Assembly: GCA_000934665.2 (NCBI GenBank)
Contig: KZ538254.1
Coordinates: 1-64,000, forward strand
Length of the DNA stretch: 64,000 bases
Source of the DNA: Catajapyx aquilonaris
Lineage: Eukaryota
Reading direction: 5' to 3'
Shown: positions 1 to 21,170 of the stretch, in pieces
Layout of the letters: the number at the start of each line of letters is the position of its first letter
How positions within the stretch are numbered: the stretch's first letter is position 1
Notes under the pieces: model-generated
Seen by the model: only the letters and a program-made list of their open reading frames with translations
Told to the model about the DNA's origin: nothing
Database searches by the model: none
Program-made: the position numbers and the translations under genes

Positions 1-139
1 GAAAAGAAGGCCGGCGTGGCTTACTTACTCGAGATATTGTTGCAGAAATAACCCGCTCAGCATGCCGCCATGCTGGTTCTGCCCAACCAACATGGCCACC
101 GGGGAAAAAAAAGGTAAACAAATACGTCACGGCTAAAAG

Positions 140-2043
140 GTCCATTAGTCTGATTTGCACACTAACAAAACTGTTATCAAGAATACTAGCCAAAAGAATT
201 TTTGCCCTCCCAAACTTGGCGGAATTAGTTCCAGAAGAATAGGCTGCCTTCCGCCCCGATTATTGTACACAGGACCATATTTTTACATTAACTACGGTGA
301 TACACTCCAGGCTTAATAAGTCGAAAGGCAATAAGGCATACACGGTATTTCTGGATTTAACTCAGGCATTCGACTCTGTCCCCCGCTCAAATCTTTGGCG
401 CAAACTTGAAGCCCTAGGGCTATCGGGAAGATATCTAGCAGTGTTAATGGACTTCTACCAAAAAGCCAAGATCCACCATGTGATAGGAGGAAGGAAAACT
501 CTCAAGGTCCAGATAGCCAAAGGAGTGTTTTTATACAAGGGGATCCGCTATCCCCGATACTGTTTTCACTCTACCTTCATGATTTTAAAGAGTGGTTAAA
601 TCTCAAAGTGGTCGGGGGTATCCAACTACCTGGGGATATGTACGAACTGAAAACGCTGATTTTTGCTGATGACATCATGCTGATTTCGAATAATAGATTA
701 TACATGCAAAGGATATTGAATCACACCTATGATTATTTGACAAGTAATGATTTAAAACTAAATTCTTCAAAAACCAAGGCCGTAATATTTTCAGGAAAGG
801 GGGTCAATTATCTGTAAGAGACAAGCTAACGATTAATGACACACCTGTCAAAATTGTTGCTACCTGTATAGATACCTGGGGGTAAAGTTCTCCTCGTCAG
901 GCCAATTATATTCTTAAGAGAAAGATAAAATCAGCAAGGCGAAATCGAAGATAAACGGGTCCCTCCTAATCCTCAACCAAGCAAGGCTCCCCCTTCTAAT
1001 GTCGGCAATGAATTTTATTGATTCAACGATCATATCCGTAGTCCTGTATGCTATCCCCATTTGGGGACTGAATCTATAGATATTGAAATTATACAAACCT
1101 ACGTGCTAAGGAAACTACTCGCTACGGGGCCTAGAACTGCAGGTTATCTGCTAAGACTAGAAACTGGGCGCCCCCACCGAAAATAAAAATTATTCTCCAT
1201 GCTCTCCGGTACTTGAGAAGGTTTCTGAAAATGGACCCAGACAGATTACCAAAAAAAGCGACATCCTACTTAATGTCAGCCAACAGCCCCCCGAGGAAAT
1301 TCAACTGGGTTAAGCAACTAAATTATAACCTAGAACCCTATGGCCAAACCTTAAACTACTTTGTGGAAGTAGACGATCAAATATGGATAAAAAAAATATG
1401 CCACGCTAGCACAAATCATGGTAGATAATGAAGTAATCAATGACTTGGATAGTCTTAGACGTTCAAAACTAAACCAGGATAAAATCTCTCTCTACAACGA
1501 ACATCGATATTCTCCAGCGTTTTATATGGTGGAACAAACGGCATATGTACCTGGTGTCCAACAAGAATTGTCGCAAGCGTACTTACAGTTAGTAGGATGT
1601 TGGCCTGCTTTCGAACTAACGCAAATTGGATCCCATTAAGCAAAAACCGATATGTTAAACCAGATCCCCTAGAGCTCTGTTCTCTTTGTAATCTAAGGAT
1701 GCCGGAAGTCTGGTATCATGTATTATATGAGTGCCCCATGAATATAGGTGGTAGGAATTTGCACCTGGAAAACCTTCCTCAAGTCCCCCGAAGTGATTTT
1801 GTACAGTGTTGATGGACGCCCACCCTGAAGAAATTTGTCAAACGGTTATTTAATTTTCTATCATATGTGGCCAGATGGCATCTCAATTTGTGAATCACAA
1901 CTATGTTCTCACATAACTCTCTTCATTCCCCAAGGATCCTTGGAACCTATTGTCCTTCCGATATTGTGAACTGTGTACAAGTGAGTGAAGTCCCCTCTGG
2001 TGTAGATACCTGAGGGTAATAAATATTGATTGATTGATTGATT
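140..2043 (+). mobile_element. Decayed non-LTR retrotransposon (LINE): RT domain, C-terminal Cys/His knuckle, 3' UTR and tail; probably L2/CR1/Daphne-like group
   Basis: Broken frames read SISLICTLTKLLSRILAKRI, E*AAFRPDYCTQDHIFTL, VFLDLTQAFDSVPR, IFADDIMLIS, LKLNSSKTKAVIFS and CSLCNLRMPEVWYHVLYECP, with several stops and frameshifts. Ends in a stem-loop (about 1993-2016), AATAAA (2018-2023) and an (ATTG)n tail (2025-2043). Clade is inferred. Confidence 0.9.
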
Positions 2044-2179
2044 ATATACTTTTGCTGGATTTTCAAGTTGCATTGTGTATTTTCTTACAATCTGACATCC
2101 GCAGTGTGCGTGTTGTTTGGACTTCATGCACATGCAATATGCTCCATGGGCGTAGCCACAGGGGGGGGGGGGGGCGGCT

Positions 2180-2254
2180 NNNNNNNNNNNNNNNNNNNNN
2201 NNNNNNNNNNNNNNNNNNNNNNNNNNNNNNNNNNNNNNNNNNNNNNNNNNNNNN
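2180..2254. other. Assembly gap (N run after poly-G); other N positions at 29715-29741, 53128-53130 and 63606
   Basis: N characters next to G homopolymers. Confidence 0.99.
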
Positions 2255-2732
2255 TGTAACGGTATACCCGTTACCCCACTTGTCCTCCCTTCTTACAATG
2301 CACCCTGCCTAAAACAGCCCATCTTACATACCACCCTGGAATATCCATCCTATCCCCTATTTATTGCCCTCCACCTTTCAGTCCAATTCCTGCCCCTACC
2401 TCCCATAAAAACCCTCCTTCAGTGAATGACACCCTGTTTGTCCAACTACCCAACGAGACCATCCTCTCTTGACCTCGCCACCCTCCTTCTTCTTGACCAC
2501 CCTCTTGCTTTCCCCTGCCTTTTTGAGGGGGTCTGGATTGCAACCTCCTCCAGATGACACCCATATTCCTCCTCCTGCACCTACAACATCCCCCGTACAT
2601 CCTCCCTCGATCTACATTGTAATTGTTTATCTTGCCTCAATACATCAGTTATTCCATTACTATTGACTCCCCTTATTCATTCCTCACACCCCCGTGACAC
2701 TTCCCTCCTGACTTGACGTAATAAGTGTTACA
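2255..2732. mobile_element. Probable solo LTR nested in the MITE
   Basis: 478-bp segment starting TGTAAC and ending GTTACA (TG...CA inverted ends typical of LTRs). No coding capacity. Left TSD is hidden by the N-gap. Confidence 0.5.
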
Positions 2733-2918
2733 CCAGGCAGTCAGATGGAGGATGAGGACAGGTGGGGCCCTCCTGCCCCCCCTAACCTAAATCCTGGCTG
2801 TACGTCCATGATATGCTCCATGTTACAGGTATGCCGACATTGTATATAGCCATAATTATTGCAAAGGTAACGACCAAATCAATAAGTTACTCTTACTCCT
2901 ATGGAAAAGTATTTCATA

Positions 2919-2947
2919 ACCCGAGCAACCCCGGGTATCCTGCTAGT
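2919..2947 (+). mobile_element. Helitron-like 3' terminus (5' extent not determinable)
   Basis: Hairpin ACCCG-agcaaccc-CGGGT (2919-2936) followed closely by CTAG|T (2943-2947). It sits where the left half of the adjacent MITE is missing. Confidence 0.5.
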
Positions 2948-2952
2948 ATATA

Positions 2953-3159
2953 GTAATACTTTTCAATGTATTGACTATTTGCAATCATTCTTTGGGCAAT
3001 GCCTAAAATTGATCGCAAATTCGAAATAAACCTGCACTTCATCCTGTTATATACTTTTTTTTTAAAAAATAATGGCAAACAGTTCATTGTAATTGTAATT
3101 ATTGTAATGCATTTTAATTCCTGTGGGGTCCGTAAAGACCCCACGGCACGGTTCCAGGG
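2953..3159 (+). mobile_element. Right half of a piggyBac-type MITE (same family as 20573-20855)
   Basis: Colinear similarity to about 20665-20855, from taatacttttcaatgtattgactat through ggggtcc...gaccccacggcacggttccaggg. Confidence 0.8.
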
Positions 3160-5550
3160 TTTTCCACAACTTATTGCCACAACCAGATCAAAATTAAACA
3201 CGAAAATCCGCACGAAAGTACAATTTAGCCCCGACTATACCAGGGTCCCCCACGCAGCCCTTCCCGCCTGGAAACCTTCTCTAGTCAGTGGGCAATTTGC
3301 AGAGGTCAACTAATAACACACGCACTGCTACTAAGAACGTGAAACATACAACCGAACCCCGTACACTGGAACACAGTTCGTTGTATATTAGTGTGTATAG
3401 CCTACTACTAGGCCTAGAATGCGACTCGTCTCAAGAAGAACAAATATATTCTTGTACCCAACACGTACACTGCGCCTTGCGATGCGCTGGTATGTGCCCA
3501 CGTCGCTTCCCCTGGCTGGATGAGCGCGCCGCGCCTGGGGGCGGACCTTGGTGTGGCGGGTGCGGTGTGGGCGGCCCCTGGTCGGACACGGGTCTGAACG
3601 GGGCGGCGGCCGTCTGAACACGTCTTCGCTTGAACCTTCGAACATCGGAATGAATCAAAGAAGGAGAGGGGAATCCCCCGCTCCCTCGCCTCGATCAACT
3701 ACCGATACGATTAGAACGGTGGTGATGAGTGAGTGGCCTCCAACGGCAAAGATGAGAACCTCGTCCCGTCTCCATAAGGCAACACGTGGGGTGGAGGAGA
3801 CCACGAACATGGCAGCCATTACACCACTCTAATAAGAGATCCTTGGAATGCACACGGCTACTTCTAGTAGTACACCTGATAGCCGGCGCTACTTGAAATA
3901 TTCGTTTCACAGCGCCTCATTCCAGCAGTATCCAGCTACTCTTAGTTGATTTTAGTGCGTCACAAAATATTCCTCAGTTTCTCTTCCAGTTAGCGTCAAG
4001 ATTGCTCGAAGGACCTCAGAACGTGTGGAAATTGGAGACCACCTAATATTGGCAGCTATAATGTCGAGTCCCGTGATGACGAGCAACTGTTACGAGATGA
4101 TTGCGCATTACGGTGCAGTACCAAACGCGCCGCTTACCCCATGATATGGGGTCGGTTAACACTCTGCCTTGCCTTGGGAAAACATTTATAAATCTCTCCA
4201 TTTTTTAATTTTAAGAATTTATAATGTTAATCTTACAGAGAGGAATGTTGCCTTATTGTTTCCACCATGTCATACAGTTTTACCTAAATATTATGCACAT
4301 GTAACAGAAATAGAAAAATCCTGACAGAAAAGTGCTACGAAGACCCCGACCTTCCCTATACTTGTGATCCACTGACTTTCCTGTGGACGCGAGCGAGACA
4401 ATATGAAATCAAAGCGTAGCTCCGACATACTCTGGGAGAAATAAATGCTTAGCCAGTAAAGTATCTGGCTGCGATAGTGCATGACTCCCACGAATGTCTG
4501 CAGGTGAGGCGCTCCATAACATTGATATAATTAGGGTGCGTACATAAAATATTATATTTCCGATAACGAATCAAGCCATTTGCAGATGTCTCATCAGGTC
4601 ACTTAAAGAAAATGTCTCTCACACCTCATCATCAGTTGAAAGATAATGTCATCAGGTTGCATCCCACAGAGTACACGCTTGAGAATAAGTGAAAGAATAA
4701 TGAATGACAATGCTCACGGGTCCAAGGTCCTTTTAAAAATTTATCAAGACTTCCAAACAAAAAAGGAGTTTATTCACTTTTTGCCAATACATCAAGTAGG
4801 TTAACATTTCGTCCCCCCCCCCCCCTCCCCCAAAAAATTACCATATCACATTTTAGTGCCAGGAGGGCATTAAAATAAAAACCGCAAGTTTGACTCACAT
4901 GCAAGATTATTGATGCTCGAATAACAAATTCAACTCGGCCACTCCACATAATCCTGCAGTCAATTAGCATTACTTTGAAACATGCTAATTATGATATGTG
5001 CAGATGACCCAATAAGGAACTTACCATTTACATAATCAGGTGCAACCTTTATCATTTTATCACATCCAATCAGGATTAATGGTCGAATGCAGCATTCCTC
5101 TAACTTTCGCGATTAAGACCCACTTAAGGGGACGAAAGATACTGCAGGCCACTTTGGTCAAATGTTTGCCTATGGAATTTCAATAAATAATACAAGAAAT
5201 AACACGGCGCATAATTAATCAGGTCATGACACACTTGAAGGGTGGCAGGCTGCACTTTGAGAACTGGCCTTATACTTCCTTATGAAAAAATTCTTGCGGA
5301 CAAGTTCATAATTGTAACCAAAATGTAGTCTCGAAAGAGTGGGGCCAACCCCTCAAGTAGACCATAAAATTTAGATTTTTCAACGTCGCAGGCACCACAG
5401 GAAAATAGCACCTTCTTCACTCATCAGTGACATCCTACATGACTGTGCAACTTATAATACTGGCTCACTAACCATAAGTTACTAAAAGTTACTAACCAGT
5501 AGCAGGACTAATATATCGGTACATATCAAAATTTTCAATCACAGCTAATC

Positions 5551-15309
<9,759 letters not shown>

Positions 15310-16458
15310 GTGCTCAATTTTTAAAAATGTCCTAGGTGTCCAAATGTGGATGTTGGTCAACAACAAGCCATGGGCAGCAGGGAAGATGTTGAGGTGGGCA
15401 TCAGGTCCCTCCTCCTCCTCCTCCTCCTCCTTCTGGGATGGTTGTCAGCGTACAATGTCGCCTTATTCCTACCCTCCCCAGCAGCTGATATCCCACCCTG
15501 ATGCAGCAGACTCATGTTGCGTCCAGAGGTGCAACACACTCCCAGCGTCGTCCGTCTTGCGCAACCCTTTTTTTTTGTTGTTGCTGTTGCCTTCGTCTGC
15601 TGGCTGGCGCCCGCCTGCCTGCAGTAGTTGCGCCACAGGTCGCAATAACCAGACTTGCTGTCCGGCTGGTCCCTCACTTCGCACCACCCAGTCGACTAGT
15701 ACTCTTTGCCCCCGTTTTACAGGACACTTTGGGTGGTGCCTTCCTGCTGCGACACAGACAGACAGAGAGAGACGTACCCCCCTGGGCACGGATATTCATC
15801 GGAGGATGAGCGTGATGAGTGGCAGCCATCCCACGGCCTTGGCGCCTGCATGGCCGGCCCCCCATTCAGGTGGAAACATGAAAAATTCATAATTATAGCG
15901 CAGGATGAATACCCCGGGCCGAGAGGAGGAGGACCCAGGCGTATCAATGCGAAATAAAAAAATGTGCGTGTTTAAATCGAATGTGTAAAAATAAAAAATA
16001 AAAATAAAAATAAAAAGAACGTGCGTGCATGGCTTGTCGTGTGAGTTGCTGCCCCGTTCGCTATCCACGATTTGCGCACAAGGGCCGGGTGAGGCTGCTT
16101 CCCGGTTACACGTCCCCGCACTGCCCCCGCGCTTTTTGAACGGGCTCAGGCATTTCAAAATCATTTAATACGGATGTGTAGTACAAGTTTTCGAGTTATA
16201 GATTTTAAAATCTGCACATTCTTTTTCCATCAACCTGTATACATGAAAATTGTGTCAGGTTTACGGGACTCCCTGTGAGGTGCGTGTGAAGCACTTGCAA
16301 CTTGAAAAATTCCACATTCCCACCACTTATGGGCCTCAATGACATCTCAGCTCTGTATCCTTTGGTTCGAAATTCTGCCTTTTGCTTCACCGGTAAACAC
16401 TATCAAAGACAAGGGGGTAAATCACTCGGCAGTGGAGCATACAACGGACTTGTAAAGA

Positions 16459-16512
16459 GCCGGACTTGCGCCCGGACTTGTCGGACCTGAGCCCGGACTT
16501 GGTCGGGCTTGG
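16459..16512. repeat. Degenerate tandem repeat of about five CCGGACTTG-like units
   Basis: ccggacttg-cgc-ccggacttg-tcggacctg-agc-ccggacttg-gtcgggcttg. Confidence 0.7.
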
Positions 16513-16783
16513 TGCCGATCTCAACTGCCTAGGGGCAGCCGAGGGGTCTCCGCCCATCGATACTGACCTTCCTTGTTCCTTGAGTGGGAGCACGAGTGGG
16601 AGACAAAGTCCAACCAACACCGGGGCAGGATTAATTATTAAGGGAAAAGTATGCTGGATAAAAAAACGTTTCTTTAATAATTCAAAATGGGGGCTGAATA
16701 TAAAAATACAGCTTGAGATCATAGGGGTGTTAGTACAGTGGCGGTGGTGGTGCTTCCGCCTCCTCTTCTGCGATCAACTGCAG

Positions 16784-18904
16784 TCAACTGCAGTCACTCT
16801 CTGCATCGCTGAATTGGCCCTCCTCACACGCCACCTCTGCACCCACCGTATTGCACACCACAGCACTCTCACTCTTCCCTCGCTCATTCACTGAAATCAT
16901 ATCCCAGCCCAATGATTGTGATATACAAAGTGGAAACAATACAACTGGCAGTGCACCTTCCACCGCGGTACTCACACGTGGGATCGAAATCATCTTCTGA
17001 ATCCCACGCAGCTTCTGGCTCTGCTGCAGGACCTGATTCAATGCCTCGGTCAACACTACAGGACAATATTAACCACAATTACATTGTGAAGCTGCTTTAC
17101 GCTTCATGCACCCAGCACTTGATGAACTTGCCTGAACTGATCTGATCTCTCCTCACTGCTGCATGACTCACTATCTTCTTCTCTCTCGTCCCCTGTAAAT
17201 GAAGGAATGGGTGGCATTGCAAAGGAAGAGCCTCATTATTGACATTCACACTGCCTACACCCACCTGACTCGTCTGATTCCACCGGCGGGACATCAATAC
17301 GCTCGCAGTCCCCAAGAGACTGGCGCAAGGCATCCCGCATCTCCTTGTACCTCTCAAAGTCCTCTGGCTCCACCTGAAAGTACAGCGCACATGACATGAC
17401 CCTTTGACTATAATATCTAACGAGCCTCCTCATTCCAAAGCAGGCATTGCCACTCACCGAATCCGGGCATTTGGTCAGGTCGACTTTGTTGCCTCCCATG
17501 TCAAAGGCCTTCATCCCAACCATTCGCACCATCTCCGTCTGGAATAAAGTGAGCTGGTTGTTGTGCAGATCCAAGTAGCACAATTTATCCATGTCCACCA
17601 TAGACTTTGGCATGCTGCTTATCTGAAAGCAAAAGCCAGAATTAATAAGTAACAACACTAGCAAAATACTCCTAATAACAGCATGAACACGAGGCTCATT
17701 TAAACACAGCAGGCACAGAGGAATGGGCACTCACCAAGTTGTTGCTCAGGTCAAGCCAGGTGAGCTGGGTCAGACCTTGCATGGCTTCAGGCAGGAAGAT
17801 GAGCTCATTGTCCCTCAGGCTGCACCACCTCAACTCCTTGGCCTTGCAAAAGGCGTCAGGAAGCATGGAAATGCAATTCCGGCTGAGGTCCAGCACCTCC
17901 AGGTGGGCCAGCTGAAGGAGCCAGTCCGAAATGCAGCCCAGGCCAACCCCAGGCATGTGGAGCTCCCTCAGGAGGGTCATGTTGGCAATCTCTGCGGGAA
18001 CCTCCACAATCACGTTCTGCAGGGATGTCCGCAGGCAGTCGCCATCGTTACCAATGTGCAAGACCTCCACAACAGAGTAACCTTCGCAGGCTTTCCATTT
18101 GGGCCAGTGGACCACCCCGCAGCTCTTCATTTCCAGATGCTTCAAGGAAATCCAACGTTTCATTAGGTCTCCAAAGTCAATCCGGAAGTCCAACCTGTTG
18201 TAGCTGAGGGCAGGGAATAAAACGATCCTCTTAGAAGATCACGGTACAGGCATTCCCCATTTTCATAGGAACACGAATAAATTGACCCAACTGGTATCAG
18301 CAAATATTGCTTCACATCCAAATGACAAACATGAAATTATTATTATTATTATTATAGATCATTATTATGCGGACCTGAGGACAAGCTTTCCGACCCTGCG
18401 CAGGTGAGAGAACCACCAGGGAAGAGTGCACAGCAGATTGGAGCTGAGGTCAAGGTGGCAGAGGGAGAGGCAGCTCTGGAAGTGGTCGGGTAGGGACGGG
18501 ATGGAGTTGTGGGAGGCGTCCAGACGGCAGAGGCCCTTGAGGCCGGAGAGGCAGTGGAGGGTGGTCAGCTGGTTGCGCGAGACGTCCAGGGCCTTGAGGG
18601 AAGGCATGGCGGCAATGGCTTCTTCTGGCAGTGCAGCCAGGCCGCGGCCGGACAGGTCCAGCTCCGTCAGGTTGGCATTGAGCAGGGCTTGGGGCACGGA
18701 GGGCGACGAGGGCACAGCTGCAGCTTGGGACTGGTCATCAGCATCAGGTGGTGATGATGATGGCGGCTCACCACCCTGGCCACAATAAGGTCCACTCCCT
18801 GCTGAAATGTGTGCAGGTTATTGCGTTGAGAGCAGCCGAGGAAGAGCGTTTTTCATGGCGCAGCTCGTCTTACACCCACCTGCTGCAGGAGGGACCCGAA
18901 CCAT
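16784..18904 (-). CDS. Leucine-rich repeat protein, about 480 aa, with acidic C-terminal tail; 8 coding exons
   Basis: Exons 18904-18880, 18801-18375, 18203-17735, 17622-17458, 17373-17265, 17192-17132, 17055-16976 and 16890-16784; phases consistent, total 1443 nt. Repeated LxxLxLxxN motifs (LTELDLSGRGL, LKALDVSRNQL, LCRLDASHNSI, LCHLDLSSNLL, LEVLDLSRNCI, LTWLDLSNNL, LCYLDLHNNQL). Intron 17056-17131 is GC-AG. The first exon and start codon are less certain. Confidence 0.85.
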
Positions 18905-19923
18905 GATGTCCCCTTATGATTATTACACTCCCTGGACTGCCAGGACTGTAGTTGTTGTGGGATCCCTGCAGGTGTATGCCCTCCTCCTCCTCCTATCGCT
19001 CAACTAGGCAGCCGCGGTGTGTGGCTTCAATGGAGATCCTTTTGTCACAGGCATCCGACCGAGGATGAGGACGATTCGAGGAACAATAGGAACAATGGCC
19101 CGCCCGCCCCCCACGGCACATGCTGCTGTATCGACATTCGAGGGGAAACTACCACCATCGCTATCGTCATTACTACCGCAAGTGGTGATGGGATCGTTGC
19201 TTATTGGAACTTTTAGGCGGGGTGTACGCATTTTTTAAAAATTTCAAATTGATTCATTTCAACCATGCCGACTCTGCATGGCTCTACTGACGTGGATGTG
19301 GATTGTGCGTGGTTGGATTTAATCGCAAAAAAAAAGAGGAATAAACGACTCGTTACAGGATGAATAATTCCTAGGTAAGGCAAACTTGGGAGTCATTCAA
19401 ATAAAACATGACTTTTTTATTATTGTTACAATATAGTGTTTGTCCCCTTTTCTCTCTCCAATGATCCTTGTAAATCCTTCGGCCACTTGCTACTACTAGA
19501 CTCATGATGGCTCTCCATATGATGACAAAATAATGTGCCATACAACCGGAGGCTACATATCCATATAGCTAAGAAATCATCTGACAAGCCGGCAGTCTGC
19601 TCATTCTTATACTTGCATTAAATCAAGTGCACAGGTAATCGTGACAGTTTATTGGTCATGCGTTTCTTATCAAAATCGTAGGAATAATATTCGTCTCCTT
19701 ATGCAGGAGAGGAGCTGCACAAAAAAAAAAAAAACCTTCCTTCGATTCTTCTCTAATGCAAAATTCGCACTGCATGACATCAACAGTCGGATCTCAGTGC
19801 GCTGCCCTAATCACGTGGCAACAGTAGAGCTTGTAATTTAGAGAAATAGATGAAAATGGACAATCACTATTACTTTCCTGATGAAAGCTGGATATTTCAG
19901 GACAATATATATTATCATATTGT

Positions 19924-20254
19924 GGGGAGACGGAGTGGCGCCGCGGTAACGCGCGCGCCCACGGAAGTTAAGGTCCCGGGTTCAATCCCCACCCGGGGTT
20001 CCCACCTTCTTTCGTGCAGAGTTGGGCCATCTCTGGCTTCGTTTCGGGTGGCAATTTCCGGCAGACTAAGCCACCCGGGGGAGTTCACAAAATGACGATT
20101 AGAGACATTGCACTTGCACTTTGCACATCCCCTCCCACCCACCCTTGGAGCATACTAATTAAGATTCTTCTTAAACTCGCTCCAAAAACAATTCCAAAGG
20201 TGGCAACCCACCCCCCCTAAGGAGTAGTATAACTCCCCCCGTGGGGTAATGAAA

Positions 20255-20311
<57 letters not shown>
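19924..20311 (+). mobile_element. tRNA-derived SINE with a (TA)n tail and TSD
   Basis: A-box-like TGGCGCCGCGGT (19936-19947), B-box GGTTCAATCCC (19979-19989), core shared with 13188-13258, a 3' stem-loop, then (TA)n at about 20258-20319. Direct repeat ATATATATTATCATATT at 19905-19921 and 20312-20328. Confidence 0.82.
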
Positions 20312-20322
<11 letters not shown>

Positions 20323-20572
20323 CATATTTGTCAATGTCAAGATATTTGTACAGCAGTGCAACTGAGCAGTGCAGTGGAGTTTATGTATCCAGTGTTGCCA
20401 CGCACTGAACAGTAAAAAACAGTCGTAACAAATTATTCCACTTTCCTGTCACTTTTACGGACAAACAAATTATTGGATCTTGTGGTGCAAGCAAGCCTCG
20501 AGTGTATAATTATACTTTCACGAGTCCATCAGTATTGCAAAAATAAAGACAAGGAATAATAACATTGGTTAA

Positions 20573-20855
20573 CCCTGGAACCGCACCGTGCCTGAAAGTT
20601 ATGGCAACCGTACCGTGGGGTCTTTTTGGACCCCATCCATATATTTTTTTTTTAAAAAAAACTTAATACTTTTCAATGTATTGACTATAATATGCAATCA
20701 TTCTTTGAACTATGCCTAAAATGATAGCTAATTCAAAATAAACATGCACTTCCTGTTATACACTGTAAAAAAAAGGCAAAAGTTCACTGTAATCATCATT
20801 TTAATCCAGTTTAATTCCTTGGGGTCCAAAAGGACCCCACGGCACGGTTCCAGGG
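20573..20855. mobile_element. Complete piggyBac-type MITE (283 bp)
   Basis: TTAA|CCCTGGAACCGCACCGTG ... CACGGCACGGTTCCAGGG|TTAA, with TTAA at 20569-20572 and 20856-20859. Subterminal inverted palindromes GGGGTCTTTTTGGACCCC and GGGGTCCAAAAGGACCCC. Confidence 0.85.
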
Positions 20856-21170
20856 TTAATAATACAGATTCAAAAGATGATGGTGTATAATGAAGGACTA
20901 CTGCCTTTATTCCCCAAAGTAGAAAAGATGTGTAGGGCATGCTGACTTTTATACTTTCACCTGGTTTCACCAATGTCAATACAACAACATGTCAATGGAC
21001 AGTCTGGACGAGATATATGCCAATGAAGCTGAATGCTCATAACAAAGGGACGGCAAAATTAGGGGGTTGGGATCAGAATCTACAATAACATGTAGCTATT
21101 GCACTGCATGACTGGGTGGACGAATCTTCTTTCACCTCTCCTCGTGGTGGTGGTGGTCATGTAGCGATGC

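Larger units (their letters stand above)
2145..2810. mobile_element. Non-autonomous hAT-like element (MITE) with 8-bp TSD
   Basis: Imperfect TIRs CATGGGCGTAGCCA and TGGCTGTACGTCCATG, flanked by the direct repeat ATATGCTC (2137-2144 and 2811-2818). Interior contains an N-gap and a nested insertion. Confidence 0.75.
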
